A DNA stretch of 64,000 nucleotides from Octopus sinensis. Taxonomy: Eukaryota. Below are positions 24,601 through 37,800 of this stretch, piece after piece. Location: positions 152,644,001 to 152,708,000 of the forward strand of contig NC_043000.1 in assembly GCF_006345805.1 (NCBI RefSeq), read 5' to 3'. The notes below the pieces were generated by a model. That model made no database searches and had not been told where the DNA came from. It worked only from the letters and a program-made list of their open reading frames with translations. The position numbers and the translations under genes were made by a program. Every line of letters begins with the position of its first letter. Within the stretch, counting starts at the first letter, position 1.

Positions 24601-24720
24601 TTACAGTTGTGAAGCTGGTTCAATGTTGAGCAGTTGCAGGCCATTTAACATGACTTGGTGAACAGCAGTAAGAAGATGTAATCGAGCGTACATCAAAGGT
24701 AAAAGATGTCGACGTGGCTC
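24601..24720 (-). CDS. DALRD3: DALRD3 exon 13, last coding exon (EPRRHLLPLMYARLHLLTAVHQVMLNGLQLLNIEPASQL*)
   Basis: Acceptor tattattgcag, TAA at 24601-24603; forms the end of ORF 24601..25113. Confidence 0.92.
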   Translation of the reverse strand, partial: EPRRHLLPLMYARLHLLTAVHQVMLNGLQLLNIEPASQL

Positions 24721-24934
24721 CTGCAATAATACAGATAATAATAATAATAATAATAATAATAGTAATAATAATAATAATAATGATAATAAAAATAATAATA
24801 ATAATAATAGTAACAATAATAATAGTAATAATAATGATAATAATAATAAAGATGACGATAATAGTAATAATAATAATAATAAAGATGACAATAATAATAG
24901 TAATGATAATAACAATAATAATAATAATAATAAC

Positions 24935-24977
<43 letters not shown>

Positions 24978-25117
24978 GAAGAAGAGAGAAGAAAAAAACC
25001 CCAAATATATGGTACACTAGGCATAACAACAACGGGAACTTCCAACCTGTTGTCTCTTGAGGTCTCTGGGTGAGACTTGGAGCCAACTTGTACAAATATA
25101 AAGCAAAAGTCAAACAT

Positions 25118-25155
<38 letters not shown>

Positions 25156-25698
25156 GATGCAGTACCAGGCAGAGGCTCTCAGTGCTGCTGATCTTAACTG
25201 ATTGGAAGTGTTATCATGTACATTGTTTTGTCTTGGTATAAAAGATGGGCTGCAGCAAATATTCTGCTCAATAACACAGATTTTCTTGTCAGTTGTTTGA
25301 CCTTAACCAGTTGACCAAGTCCCTTAGTGGCTGACGATATGTCCATCTCTGATCATGACCAGAAGTAGTGGGGGAGTATCATAGCCATGTGTTGAGAGGG
25401 ATTCTTGGAGGTTTGGATAATTCACCTTCGGAAACAGGAGTGGTTCGTTCAACATCCTTAAACAACCCTTATTCAAGGACCTTTTGAGTGGGATGGGCTA
25501 TTCGACCAGAAGAAAATTCTAAGTGGGCCCCACCTGCAAGGTCATGCGCTGTTTATCTTGATATGAGATCACCATGTGCATATATGGTTGTGATGCATGT
25601 GCCTAGTGTACCCTTATCTCATGGGTAGCCATGATGGGTATATTGGGCTTCGTATATTTTACCCCAGTGTCACTTTGATGGCATGCACTGCTCTCTCA

Positions 25699-25737
<39 letters not shown>

Positions 25738-28700
25738 TCTATAAAAACATTTGGAACAATACAAAAACAAACAATAGTGGGGATTTACATAAGCATATAA
25801 ACAATGATGTTAAACAAAAGAATTATGACAAATCAAATTTCCCAATAGGGAAGAAAATACCACCCAGGGTAACCAAGGAAACTCACAGACCCTGAGTCAT
25901 CCTGACTTGGAACCCATAAGGAAGGAGGAAGAGAGCACACCCTAAAAAAAAAAGGTGGGGATGGGATAATTAGACAGAGCTACAAAAGGCTCTGAGAGAA
26001 ACAGTGCTAGTGCCACGTAAAAAACACTGAGCCCGCTCTACAGAATGGCTGGTGTTAGGAAGGGCATCCAGCTGCAAAATCTCATCCAAAACAGATACAG
26101 TAGCCTAGGGTAGTTTTTCTACTTTGCTGGCTCCTGTCATCTGTCCTACCCATGCATGCATGGAAGATGGACGCATTAAACGATGATGATAATGAAATCC
26201 CTGAGGTAGTAAACAAATTAGTGCAAGGTACAAAACAAGTATACTTACGCCAAGAACATGAACTCGACTGTAGTAGGAACTTAAGCAGTGACTTAATGAC
26301 ACCAAAAAACCAGTAACCTGAAGTATAAATTGGATATTTGAAGTGAAACATTTAGCTTTCATGTTTTTTCTTTCAGACGAAGCTATGGAGAGAAGACAAA
26401 ATAATATTAATAATAATAATCCTTTCTACTATAGGCACAAAGCCTGAAATTTTAGGGGAGGGTGCTAGTTGATTACATTGACCCCCAGTGTTTCACTGGT
26501 ACTTAATTTATTGACCTCGGAAAGATGAAAGGTAAAGTCAACCTCAGTGGAATTTGAACTCAGAGCATGAAGGCAGACAAAATACCCATAAGCATTTCTA
26601 CCATCGTGCTAGCGATTCTGCCAGCTTGCCACCTCCAAAAAAAAAAAATTTTTTTTAAATAATAATAATAATAATCCTTTCTGCTAAAGGCACAAGGCCT
26701 GAAATTTTGGGGAAGGGGTCAGCCGATTAGATCAACCCCAGTGTGCAACTGGTACTTAATTTATCAACCCCGAAAAGATGAAAGGCAAAGTCGACCTCGG
26801 TGCGATTTGAACTCAGAACGTAACGGCAGACGAAATACCGCTAAGCGTTTCGTCTAGCATGCTCACTGCAGCAGCAGCAGTGAGGAGGAGGAGGAGGAGG
26901 AGGAGGAGGAGGAGGAGGAAGAGGAGGAGGAGGAGGAGGAGAAGAAGAAGAAGAAGGAGAAGAAGAAGAAGAAGAAGAAGAAGAAAAAGAAGAAGAAGAA
27001 GCCTTTCTACTATAACAGTAATTCATGAAAATAACATATTTACATACTAACAGCAAAGAATGATATCAGTATAAACCAACTTCAAGATGCCAAGCTTCAA
27101 AGTTTGAAAGTCGTTCTTATAAATCTTAAAATAGTTTATATACTACTAGCAGTATTGCCCGGCGTTGCTCGGGTTTGTAAGGGAAATAACTATATAAGCA
27201 TTTTTAGAGATGTAAAGTATAATAGCCATCTCAATATGGCTAACCACAAAGGGGGGTGTTACTGTAGCTTTTTATGTTCTGAGATTTAATAATACATTTT
27301 TAGAGAGCTACTTCCCTTATATAATAGCAAAAAAAAAATGCATTAAAAATGGGAAAAAAATGATGGTAAATTTTTTTTAAATCGTAGACTCATCGTAGAC
27401 ATGCGCTAATACCCAGAAGGGCTCAATATGAATCACGACTATAAGATACCCGGTTTTGGTTAAACTGCACCGCAAAATGTGGGAGTAGTTAGGAATCTAA
27501 ATCGTAGGAGACAGACACACAACTTGACTTTTATATATAAAGATTTGAGATTCATGATTCTTCTGAACTAGTTAGAATGACAGAACTATTGTCTGAAACT
27601 CAAAGAAGAATGAGTGCTTTCCACAAATAGGTTTATCTAATTCGGTACCATGTCCTTCAGAATTCAAATTTTGCCAAGTAGAACTTTACTATTGATATCT
27701 TTCTGACTGAGAAAGTAATTTCTATTAATACCCTGACTTGGTGTGTAAAAGAAGAATAGTTATCAAATATAATTGTTAAATTACCTTATGAGTTTGAATA
27801 TTTAAATATAAACAATCTCCGATGGTAGGGACAGTGCTCTGTACTAAACTGGGGTATGGTTCCACAAAATTATAAAGAAGTGTCCATTCTTCCTGAAAGT
27901 AAAAAAAAAAACAAAACAAATAAGAAATATTGAATAAAAGATTCATGCATTTGTTTTATTATTTAAGGCATTCAAATGTGGCCGATGCCAGCGCCGCCTC
28001 GACTGGCTTCTGTGCCGGTGGCACATAAAAAGCACCATCCAAACGTGGCCGATATCAGCGCCGCCTTGACTGGCTTCTGTGCCGGTGGCACATAAAAAAC
28101 ACCATCCGAACGTGGCCGATACCAGCGCCGCCTTGACTGGCTTCCGTGCCGGTGGCACGTTAAAAGCACCAACCGATCGTGGCCGATGCCAGACTCCCCT
28201 GGCACCTGTGCCAGTGGCACGTAAAAAGAACCCACTACACTCTTGGAGTGGTTGGTGTTAGGAAGGGCATCCAGCTGTAGAAACTCTGCCAGATCAGACT
28301 GGAGCCTGCTGCAGCCCCTGGCTTCCCAGACCCCGGTCAAACCGTCCAACCCATGCTAGCATGGAAAACGGACGTTAAACGATGATGATGATGATGATGA
28401 AACTATGTTTGGATGATATAGCTGATATATGTAAATGAGTGGTGTTGCCAATTATACATTAAACAATAAGGTATTGTTCTGGGTCACTAGAGCAGTACTG
28501 ATTTTATAGTTATACAGATATAGGTGCAGGTGTGGCTGTGTGGTAAGAAGCTTGCCTCCCAATTACATGGTTCCAGGTTCAGTCCTACTCTGTGGCACTT
28601 TGGGCAAGTGTCTTCTACCATAGCCTCAGGCTGACCAAAACTTTGTGAATGGATTTGGTAGATGGAAATTGAAAGAAGCCTGTTTTGTGTGTGTGTGTGT

Positions 28701-31700
28701 TTCTTTGTGCCTATGTTTGTTCCCCACAACAGCTTGACAACCAGTGTTGGTGTGTTTACATCCCCATAACTTAGCAGTTCAACAAAAGAGAAGGCTTTAA
28801 AAAAATAAGCCCTGGGGTTGATTTGTTTGACTAAAAATCCTTCAAGGCAGTGCCCTAGCAAGGCCACAGTCAAATGACGGAAACAAGTAAAAGATATACA
28901 AGGGAAGAGCTTCCTGCTGTCACTACCAGAATCTCTAGCATACACAGGGTCACATCTGTTCATGTGGATAGCCACCAATAAACTATGCAACTGACCTGGG
29001 TTAAACAATACAAAAAAGGGTAAAAACCCCTACAGTCATAAATGAAAGTTACCCGCTGAGGCACAAGTCTGCGAAAGGTTATTTAAGGAAGACCAGCAGT
29101 GGCCCGTGCATACCGGCCACCCCTCTCTACACCATTGATGTTATCCAAGAGAAAAGCAAAGGCCGATACAGCTTTGCACTAGTGACATCACAACTCATTT
29201 CTACAGCTGTGTGAACTGAAGCAACATGAAATAAAGTGTCTTGTTCAAGAACACAACACGCAGCCTGGTCTGGGAATCAAACTCAATAGCTCATGATTGT
29301 AAGCCTGACGCTCTAACTACTGAGCCATGCACCTTACTTACTTCAATAGCAATTACTTACCTCAAGTTTAAGAAGACTCATATCACACTGCGACAAGTTA
29401 GGCAGACTAGGGTAGATACCTGAAGTGGAAAATTAAAGTATGAGAAGATTGAGCACAAAATAAAAAAGCGTGTAACTTTGTCATGTTTGGCAACACATAA
29501 TACAATCATCTAAATTATTTAAACATTATTCTTTCTTCTACATACATATACAGACATATACACAGACTGGCCCTTGTGCCGCATGTAAAAGCACCCACTA
29601 CACTCTCAGAGTGGTTGGCGTTAGGAAGGGCATCCAGCTGTAGAAACTCTGCCAGATCAAGATTGGAGCCAGTCAAGGCGGCGCTGGTATCGGCCACGTT
29701 CGGATGGTGTTTTTTATGTGCCACCGGCACAGAAGCCAGTCAAGGCAGCGCTGATATCGGCCACGTTTGGATGGTGCTTTTTATGTGCCACCGGCACAGA
29801 AGCCATCTGGTTCGCCAGTCCTCAGTCAAACCGTCCAACCCATGCTAGCATGGAAAGCGGACGTTAAACGATGATGATGATGATGATGTATGCACACAGC
29901 AAAGGAAAGCATGGAAGAAATTAACATGTTATTGCTAAGAATGTAACACAAGAAAAATCTGAAGACCTAATCTTTAGTAATTTGAGAGTGATAATCATCA
30001 TCATCAACATTTAACAAATATTTTCTATGCTGGCATGGGTCAGATGGCTTAACAGGAACTGGCAAGGTCAGGAGTTGTACCAGGTTCCTTAATCTGTATT
30101 GGCTTGGTTTCTATGGCCAGATGCCTTCCTAACAGCAACCACTTTACTGGTGCTTTTTACTAATAAAAAAATATAAATGCACCCTTTTAAAGCCTAGCTA
30201 GGCTCATGGGCCCGGTTTCCTGGTTTCTATGGCGTATGTGTTCCCCAGCTGGACGGGACGCCAGTCCATTGCAGCGTTACTCATTTTTGCCAGCTGAGTA
30301 GACTGGAGCAACGTGAAATGAAGTGTTTTGCTCAAGAACACAACACGTTGCCCGATCCAGGAATCGAAACCACAATCTTACGATCATGATGCTGACACAC
30401 TAACCACTAAACCACATGCCTCCACTTTAAATAGATGCGCCCTTTTAAAGCCTAGCCAGGCTCATGGGCCCAGTTTCTATGGCGTATGTGTTCCCCAGCA
30501 GGACGGGACGCCAGTCCATCACAGCGTTACTCATTTTTGCCAGCTGAGTGGACTGGAGCAACATGAAATGAAGTGTTTTGCTCAAGAAGACAACACATTG
30601 CCCAGTCCAGGAATCGAAACCACAATCTTACGATCATGATGCTGACACCTTAACCACTAAGCCACACACCTCCACACTTTTTACTAATGGTAATAATTAT
30701 TTCGTATAGAAGCACAAGGACAGAAATTTTGGGCAAGGGAACAACGAATTATATCAACTGTAGTATCTTGACTGATGGTGCACTATCTTAACTTGACTGC
30801 TTCTCTATATTTATCAAACTAAATACCGTAAGGCATTTAGTTCTGCCAATCCACTCTTTTACTTGTTTCAGTCATTTGACTGTGGCCATGCTGGAGCACC
30901 GCCTTTAATCAAGCAACTCGACCCTGGGACTTATTCTTTTGTAAGCCCAGTACTTATTCTATCGGTCTATTTTGCCGAACCGCTATGTAACGGGGACATA
31001 AACACACCAGCATCGGTTGTCAAGCAATGCTAGGGGGACAAACACAGACATGCAAACACACACACACATATATATACATATATACATATATACAAGGGGC
31101 TTCTTTTCAGTTTCCGTCTACCAAATCCACTCACAAGGCTTTGGTCTGCCCGAGGCTATGGTAGAAGACACTTGCCCAAGGTGCCATGCAGTGGGATTGA
31201 ACCCGGAACCATGTGGTTGGTAAACAAGCTACTTACCACACACCCACTCCTGCGCCACTGTTAATGATAAACGACAACAACAGCAACAAAAATAATAATG
31301 CTCACCGTTTTTAACATCTTCGTCAAATTTCCGAAAAAGCATTGCTAGACGAGCACAATTATACATGACAAAAGGGCCACCACAATTGTCAACATGATCT
31401 TCCATATTTTTGGACGTATCAGACAGGTCTAACTTGAGCTGTTGAGAGAAAATATAATTTCTTCATCTTAGATTATGTTATCGTGTATAATGTGTCTTTT
31501 AGAAGATTTGAAATTGTTGTTTGATATGTTAGACTGAAGTGGTGCAGAAGGGCACTTGGAATTTTACTTTGCAGGCCCTTTTAGACTAGTGAGGTCAAAT
31601 CTTACAGATTGTATTCTTCAAGATTAATAGGTGTAGGTATGACAGTATAACTATGGAGTGTGTTTTCTACTGTGCAATTTTGAGTTCTTGAGTTTTATCT

Positions 31701-31803
31701 CACTGTATGACATCTTGGGCAAGTTTCTTATTACAGCCTCAAGCTGAGTTTAATTGGTAGACAAAGACTGTACGGAAGCCCATAGTGTGTGTGTGTTTAT
31801 GTA

Positions 31804-31834
<31 letters not shown>

Positions 31835-34800
31835 GTGAGGGTTAATACATGTGCAACTTGAAGAATGTTGACATTCCATGAAAGAAAAAATGAGGCAGAG
31901 GTTTAACCCTTTAGTGTTCAGATTATTCTATCAAGCATAATGCTTATTGATTCACATTAATTTGAATTAATCATGCATTATCTCATACCTTCAAGATCTT
32001 GATGGTGTAATTACTCAATGTAGAATAACATAGTAGGGTAGGTGTGAGAGCCTGGATCTGGTCAGTTTGAACATAAAACAGATTAAATATTTTGGCCGGA
32101 TATGGCCGGTTTAAATACTAAAGGGTTAAAAAGTGTTTTCTACTACAGCCCCAGGCCAACCAAAGCCTTTTGAGTGCATTTGGTAGATGGAAGCTATATG
32201 GAAGCCCATCGTGTGTGAGTAAGTGAAAATGTGTATGTGTTTGTGTCTTGTTTTGACATGGCATGGTTGTTGTAAATGAATGCCACTGTCATACAAACGG
32301 TATTATTCATTTCCAGTATATTCTGTGAAAATGTGCCTGACCATGGAGATATACTATAGACAGGGGTTGGCAACAGGAAAGATACTTGGCCTTAGAAAAC
32401 CTGTCTCAATGACATCTGTCCAACCCATGCAAGCATGGAAAGCAATAAAGACAGCAATGGCCACATGGTGTATCATCCATGTGTTCATACCATCGTGTCC
32501 ACATCTTTTGATTATATCAACTGATCCCTTTCGCACCCTGGCACTCTCTCAGGCCATTTGTGAACCAATATTACCTTTCAAATGGACCATTTTGAGTTGT
32601 TACTCTCCAGCCTTGGCTGTCTTATTACCATTCTGTATCTTATATTCTTTACATAGGCTTCCTACCATCTGCCTTTTGCCTGAGCAGAAATTTGTTGCTG
32701 TTGTTTAGGCCCAGATCAACTCCAATCAAACAGACCTATGACTGAAGGCATTCCAGCCATGACAAGCTTGTCTGTATCTCAAGAACTACAATATCTAATG
32801 TATCCTCCCACTTTTTATGGAAGGTTGTGATTTGGGGGATGTTTGGCTGTTATTTCTTGCAAGCCAAGTTGCTGTGTTAAAGTCTCCCTCATTGCCAAAA
32901 ATGATAATTGCTGCACTGAAGATCTGTCTAAATCATAACAGATTAAAAACAAAAAAAATCTAGATATTTTAAGCTAAGGATTATTATGATAAAAAGGGCC
33001 GTATTATAAAGTTATTCTTACTGGGTTACGGCAGTTAGTGCTGAGAATTTCGAATTTCATGCAAGCTTCAGTCAGATTCTTTATCATGTGGTCCCATTCA
33101 ATGCCTGTAAATTAAGGGAAAAAATGAGTAACAAGTAAGAAATTATAAAAGAATGAAAGCAATGTGTTTAATTTCATTGTATCTTGCAGCAGAATATTAA
33201 ATGCAACCATAGAGTAAATGGTTGGCATAAACAATAAAATGTTGGACTATTTTTTTAAACATGAAAGTCATTCTTTTATTTTGCATTCTCATCCTGCTAG
33301 TGATTTATTGGAGTCCATTTTAATACATTCATTCCTTTTACCAAAGGTCCTTATATTCTCTCTCTTTCTCTCATCCGTGCTAGTGGAGTGCTAAAAACAC
33401 CATCTGAGATACCAGTGCCGGTGGCACGTAAGAGAACCGTCCGAACGTGGCCGTTGCCAGCGCCACCCCGACTGGCCTCCGTGCCAGTGGCACGGAAAAA
33501 GCACCATCCTATCGTGGCCGTTTGCCAGCCTCGCCTGGCACCTGTGCGGGTGGCACATAAAAAGCACCCACTACACTCATGGAGTGGTTGGCGTTAGGAA
33601 GGGCATCCAGCTGTAGAAACACTGCCAGATCAGACTGGGCCTGGCGCAGCCTTCTGGCTTCCCAGACCCCAGTTGAACTGTCCAACCCATGCCAGCATGG
33701 AAAACGGATGTTAAACGATGATGATGAGCGTGATCATTGCTCATTCGTGCTAGTGGAGTGGTAAGAGCATCATCCAAGCAGCTAACTGGCTTCTGTGCCG
33801 GTGGCACGTAAAAAGCACCATTCGAGCGTGATCATTACCAGCATCACCTTACTGGCACTTGTGCTGGTGGCACGTGAAAAAACACTCGAGCAAGGTTGTT
33901 GCCAGTGCCACTGGACTAGCTCCTGTGCTGGTGGCTCATAAAATACACCATTTGTGCATGGCCATTGCCTGTACCGCCTGACTGGCCCTCATGCCGGTGG
34001 CACGTAAAAACACCCACTACACTCTCGGAGTGATTGATGTTAGGAAGGGCATCCAGCTGTAGAAACTCTGCCAGATCAAGATTGGAGCCTGGTGTAGCCA
34101 TCTGGTTCACCAGTCTTCAGTCAAATCGTCCAACCCATGCTAGCATGGAAAGCGGACGTTAAATGATGATTATGATGATGATATTTATATATAGTTAAAG
34201 AAAACAGATGATGAAGACAGGTGAAGCAACAAGGAGGTGAAAGGGGGCAAGTGAGTGTGTCATACAGTCTAATATAGCATCAGTGGTGCTTTTCCTTAGT
34301 ACAAATCCAAACTGCATCTTGTCTAAACTAACTCTCTTCCTAATTAGCTGGGCTATGACGATCTCCGTGACTTTCATTATCTGATCCCATAACTTGATAC
34401 CACTGTAATTATTCCTAGCTAATGCATCACCTTTACCTTTGTAGCAGTTGACTATGGTGCTGCTACACCAGTCATTGGGTACGACTCCTTCATGTATCAC
34501 CTGATTGACTATACGGATGACTAGACTATAGCTGACACTGCCAGATATTTTAAGCATCTCTGCGGTGATTCCTGATGGGCCAGGGGCTTTCCCTGTCTTC
34601 ATACTCTTCATTGCTTTATCTACCAAGGTACTGTCAATTTGGATAGCTGGTCCCTCTGTTGGGTTGACATTTGGCAGACTCACTTTCTCCCATTCCTTCT
34701 CTTCATTTAGCAACCTTTCATAGTGGCATCTCCAAGTCTCTGTCTTTGCAGCAAAAGAGAAATCATTTCGATATCTTTTCCTTGAGTTACACGAACCCTA

Positions 34801-37800
34801 GATCTGCAGTGGTACTCTAATGACCTAATTGGGTTACAGGATGAACCTTCATTAATTAACGACATTAGAGGAGGAAACTGAAACCGTATTTAACATGCCT
34901 AACAGAAAAGCTGTTATCTATTACTGTCATAGATAAATGTGTGTGTGTGGGGGGGGGGTGTATGTTTGAGGGGAGAGAGAGAGTGGGGAAGGGAATTTTT
35001 GTAAATCTATAAAAGTGGATTGAATAGAAAATAGCTGTTATATAAATGGAAATGATTCTGTTATGATAAAGCACAAAAGCCCTTAATAATTGGAAATACT
35101 GAAAAATTAATTTTACCCCCTCTCTTAACAAAATATAACATAGGAAAGAAAATAATTGACAAAAAAGAAAAGAAAAAAGGTACTAATTCAACTAACCTTT
35201 GCTCACATCATCCCCATATTTCAATGCTGCAGCATTTTCCATCTGTAGCTTTCGAAGCCTAAATTCAACACCAAATAACAGTAAAAGTCGTAAAAGGGAA
35301 CTGGAGAGGTTTCATGGACAAATATAAAACTTCTGTTCTCTGGGGTTTTTTTTTTTATTTCTCAAGAATGTTATACCTTTTGTCAATATATAATAGTGAA
35401 AAACAAAATACACACACGCACACACATACACAAACTATCTGCGCTATCTGTGACGATTTCATCTCAATCGAAGGAGAGGGGCTTTCTCCGTCCGGGTTGC
35501 GGATCCGTGGAACAAGCTGCCGGACGAGATGGTGAAGATGCCGACGAACGCTCGGTTCAAAGTCTCCCTTGACCACAAGTGGCCTGAACTCTTTGCATGA
35601 ACACCACCCTGTACATAACTCCATGTCCCCCTACATGGCCTTGCTTTTTTGCTTTTTAAGCCAAAAAATTAACTAACTAATTAACTAACTAACTAACAAA
35701 CAAACAATGACAATGATGACGCCGCTGCTGCTACTGCTGCCGCCACCACCATCAATTGCTGTCTACTTTCCCATGCATGTATCAGCCAGATAAAATTTGT
35801 AGAAGGAGATTTTTCTACACCTGAATATCCATCATGTCGCTAACCTTCCCTGATTTCCAGGCAAGGTAATATTTCCTTATGGCCAAAACATTACTTGTTA
35901 GTTAGTTAATTTTTTGGCTTAAAAAGCAAAAAAGCAAGGCCATGTAGGGGGACATGGAGTTATGTACAGGGTGGTGTTCATGTAAAGAGTTCAGGCCACT
36001 TGAGGTCAAGGGAGACTTTGAACCGAGCGGTCGTCGGCATCTTCACTATATCTCGTCCGGCAGCTTATTCCACGGATCCGCAACCCGGACGGAGAAAGCC
36101 CCTCTCCTTCGATTGAGATTGTGTGACAGTGAAGCTTATTTACAACTACCAACTGATGTTAAGATAAGGGTACACACACACACACACACACACACACTTA
36201 TTTCTTTGTACTATATTTCCTATTTTCAAGTACATGCATAAATATACACCCATAACAACTAAAGAAATATCTACTTACACACATACACATTAATACATAC
36301 ATATGTATGTATCATCATCGTTTAACGTCTGTTTTCCATGCTAGCATGGGTTGGACGGTTCTACTGGGGTCTGTGAAGCCAGAAGGCTTCATCAGGCCCA
36401 GTCAAATCTGGCAGTGTTTCTACGGCTGGATGCCCTTCCTAACGCCAACCACTCCGTGAGTGTAGTGGGTGCTTTTTACGTGCCACCCGCACAGGTGCCA
36501 GACAGAGCTGGCAAACGGCCACGAACGGATGGTGCTTTTTACGTGCCACCCGCACTGGTGCCAGACAGAGCTGGCAAATGGCCACGAACGGATGGTGCTT
36601 TTTATGTGCCACCGGCACGAGGGCCAGGCGAGGCTGGCAACGGACACGAAACGGGGCGGTGCTGGCAACGGTCGCGAAACGGAAAGTTCTCTTACATGCC
36701 ACCGGCACTGGTAACACATCTGCAATATAAAGGTATTAACATAACAAAACATTATTTCCAACTGATGTGCATATCTTCTTAGAAAGATTAAATTGGAATG
36801 TATATGATTGACACACAAACACACACACATTAAATAATAGATCCAATATAATTGGGTAAGGTAATCAAAGAGAATAAGGATAATCGAAGGGAAATAAAAT
36901 CTGAGCTAGGTGAAAAATCCAGGAGTATAGCTTTAAGCTATACGTAAACAAACTAGTGGAGATGCGAATACATAGGGCTTAAGTTGCCAGTTATTTCTGC
37001 TTAATTCACTCTGATTCGTTTCACACTCACTGTTGACAGTCTTTTGTTTTCCTTCTCCTATCGGAAGTTTTCTTTGTTTTGCTGCTAGCCTGCCTGAAGG
37101 AATCTCTGACAACCAGACTTAACGGGGCCAAATTGAATTGATCAACTCCCATGGGTGATGCTGGGAATCTGTACCACCCCAAAAGAAAATCTCAACACTT
37201 ACACCGCAGAAATTGTGTATGGTGCTCCCCTCACAGTGCCAGGAGAGCTCCTTCCAAATATAAAGTCATACCTGTATGCCAACATGTCTCTTTCTCCTTA
37301 TTCCAGCCACAACCATTAATTCAAGGTCCATGTGGCGAGAATGGATGTGGATAGCAGTGTGAAAAAGTGCCACACCCTAGCGGTTGAGGGAACCTGTGGA
37401 AGAGTTAGATCCAGGAAGACCTGGGATGAGGTGGTGAAGCATGACCTTCGAACATTGGGCCTGATCCAGACAATGGCTAGTGACCGTGGCCTTTGGAAAT
37501 ATGCTGTGCTTGAGAAGACTCGGCAAACTCAAGTGAGACATTGTGTCCTATGCCAGGGGTGTAACCAGCCCACTTTATGCGTACCTTTCCTTCATTGGAC
37601 ACTAAACTCTGCTTGCGAAGACCTCTTGAGGCAAGTGAAATCGATATCAATTTTGATGATTGGCATCCGTGCTAGTGGAGTACTAAGAGCAACATCTAAG
37701 TGTGATTGTTGCCAGAGCAGCTAACTGGCTTCTGTGCCAGTGGCACGTAAAAAGCACCATTCAAGTGTGATTGTTACCTGCATCACCTTACTGGCACTTG

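Noticed and set aside
27970-28200. Regular 60-63-bp repeats resembling a CRISPR array
   Set aside because: Eukaryotic DNA, contiguous tandem units with no unique spacers, no cas genes, and located inside a SINE.
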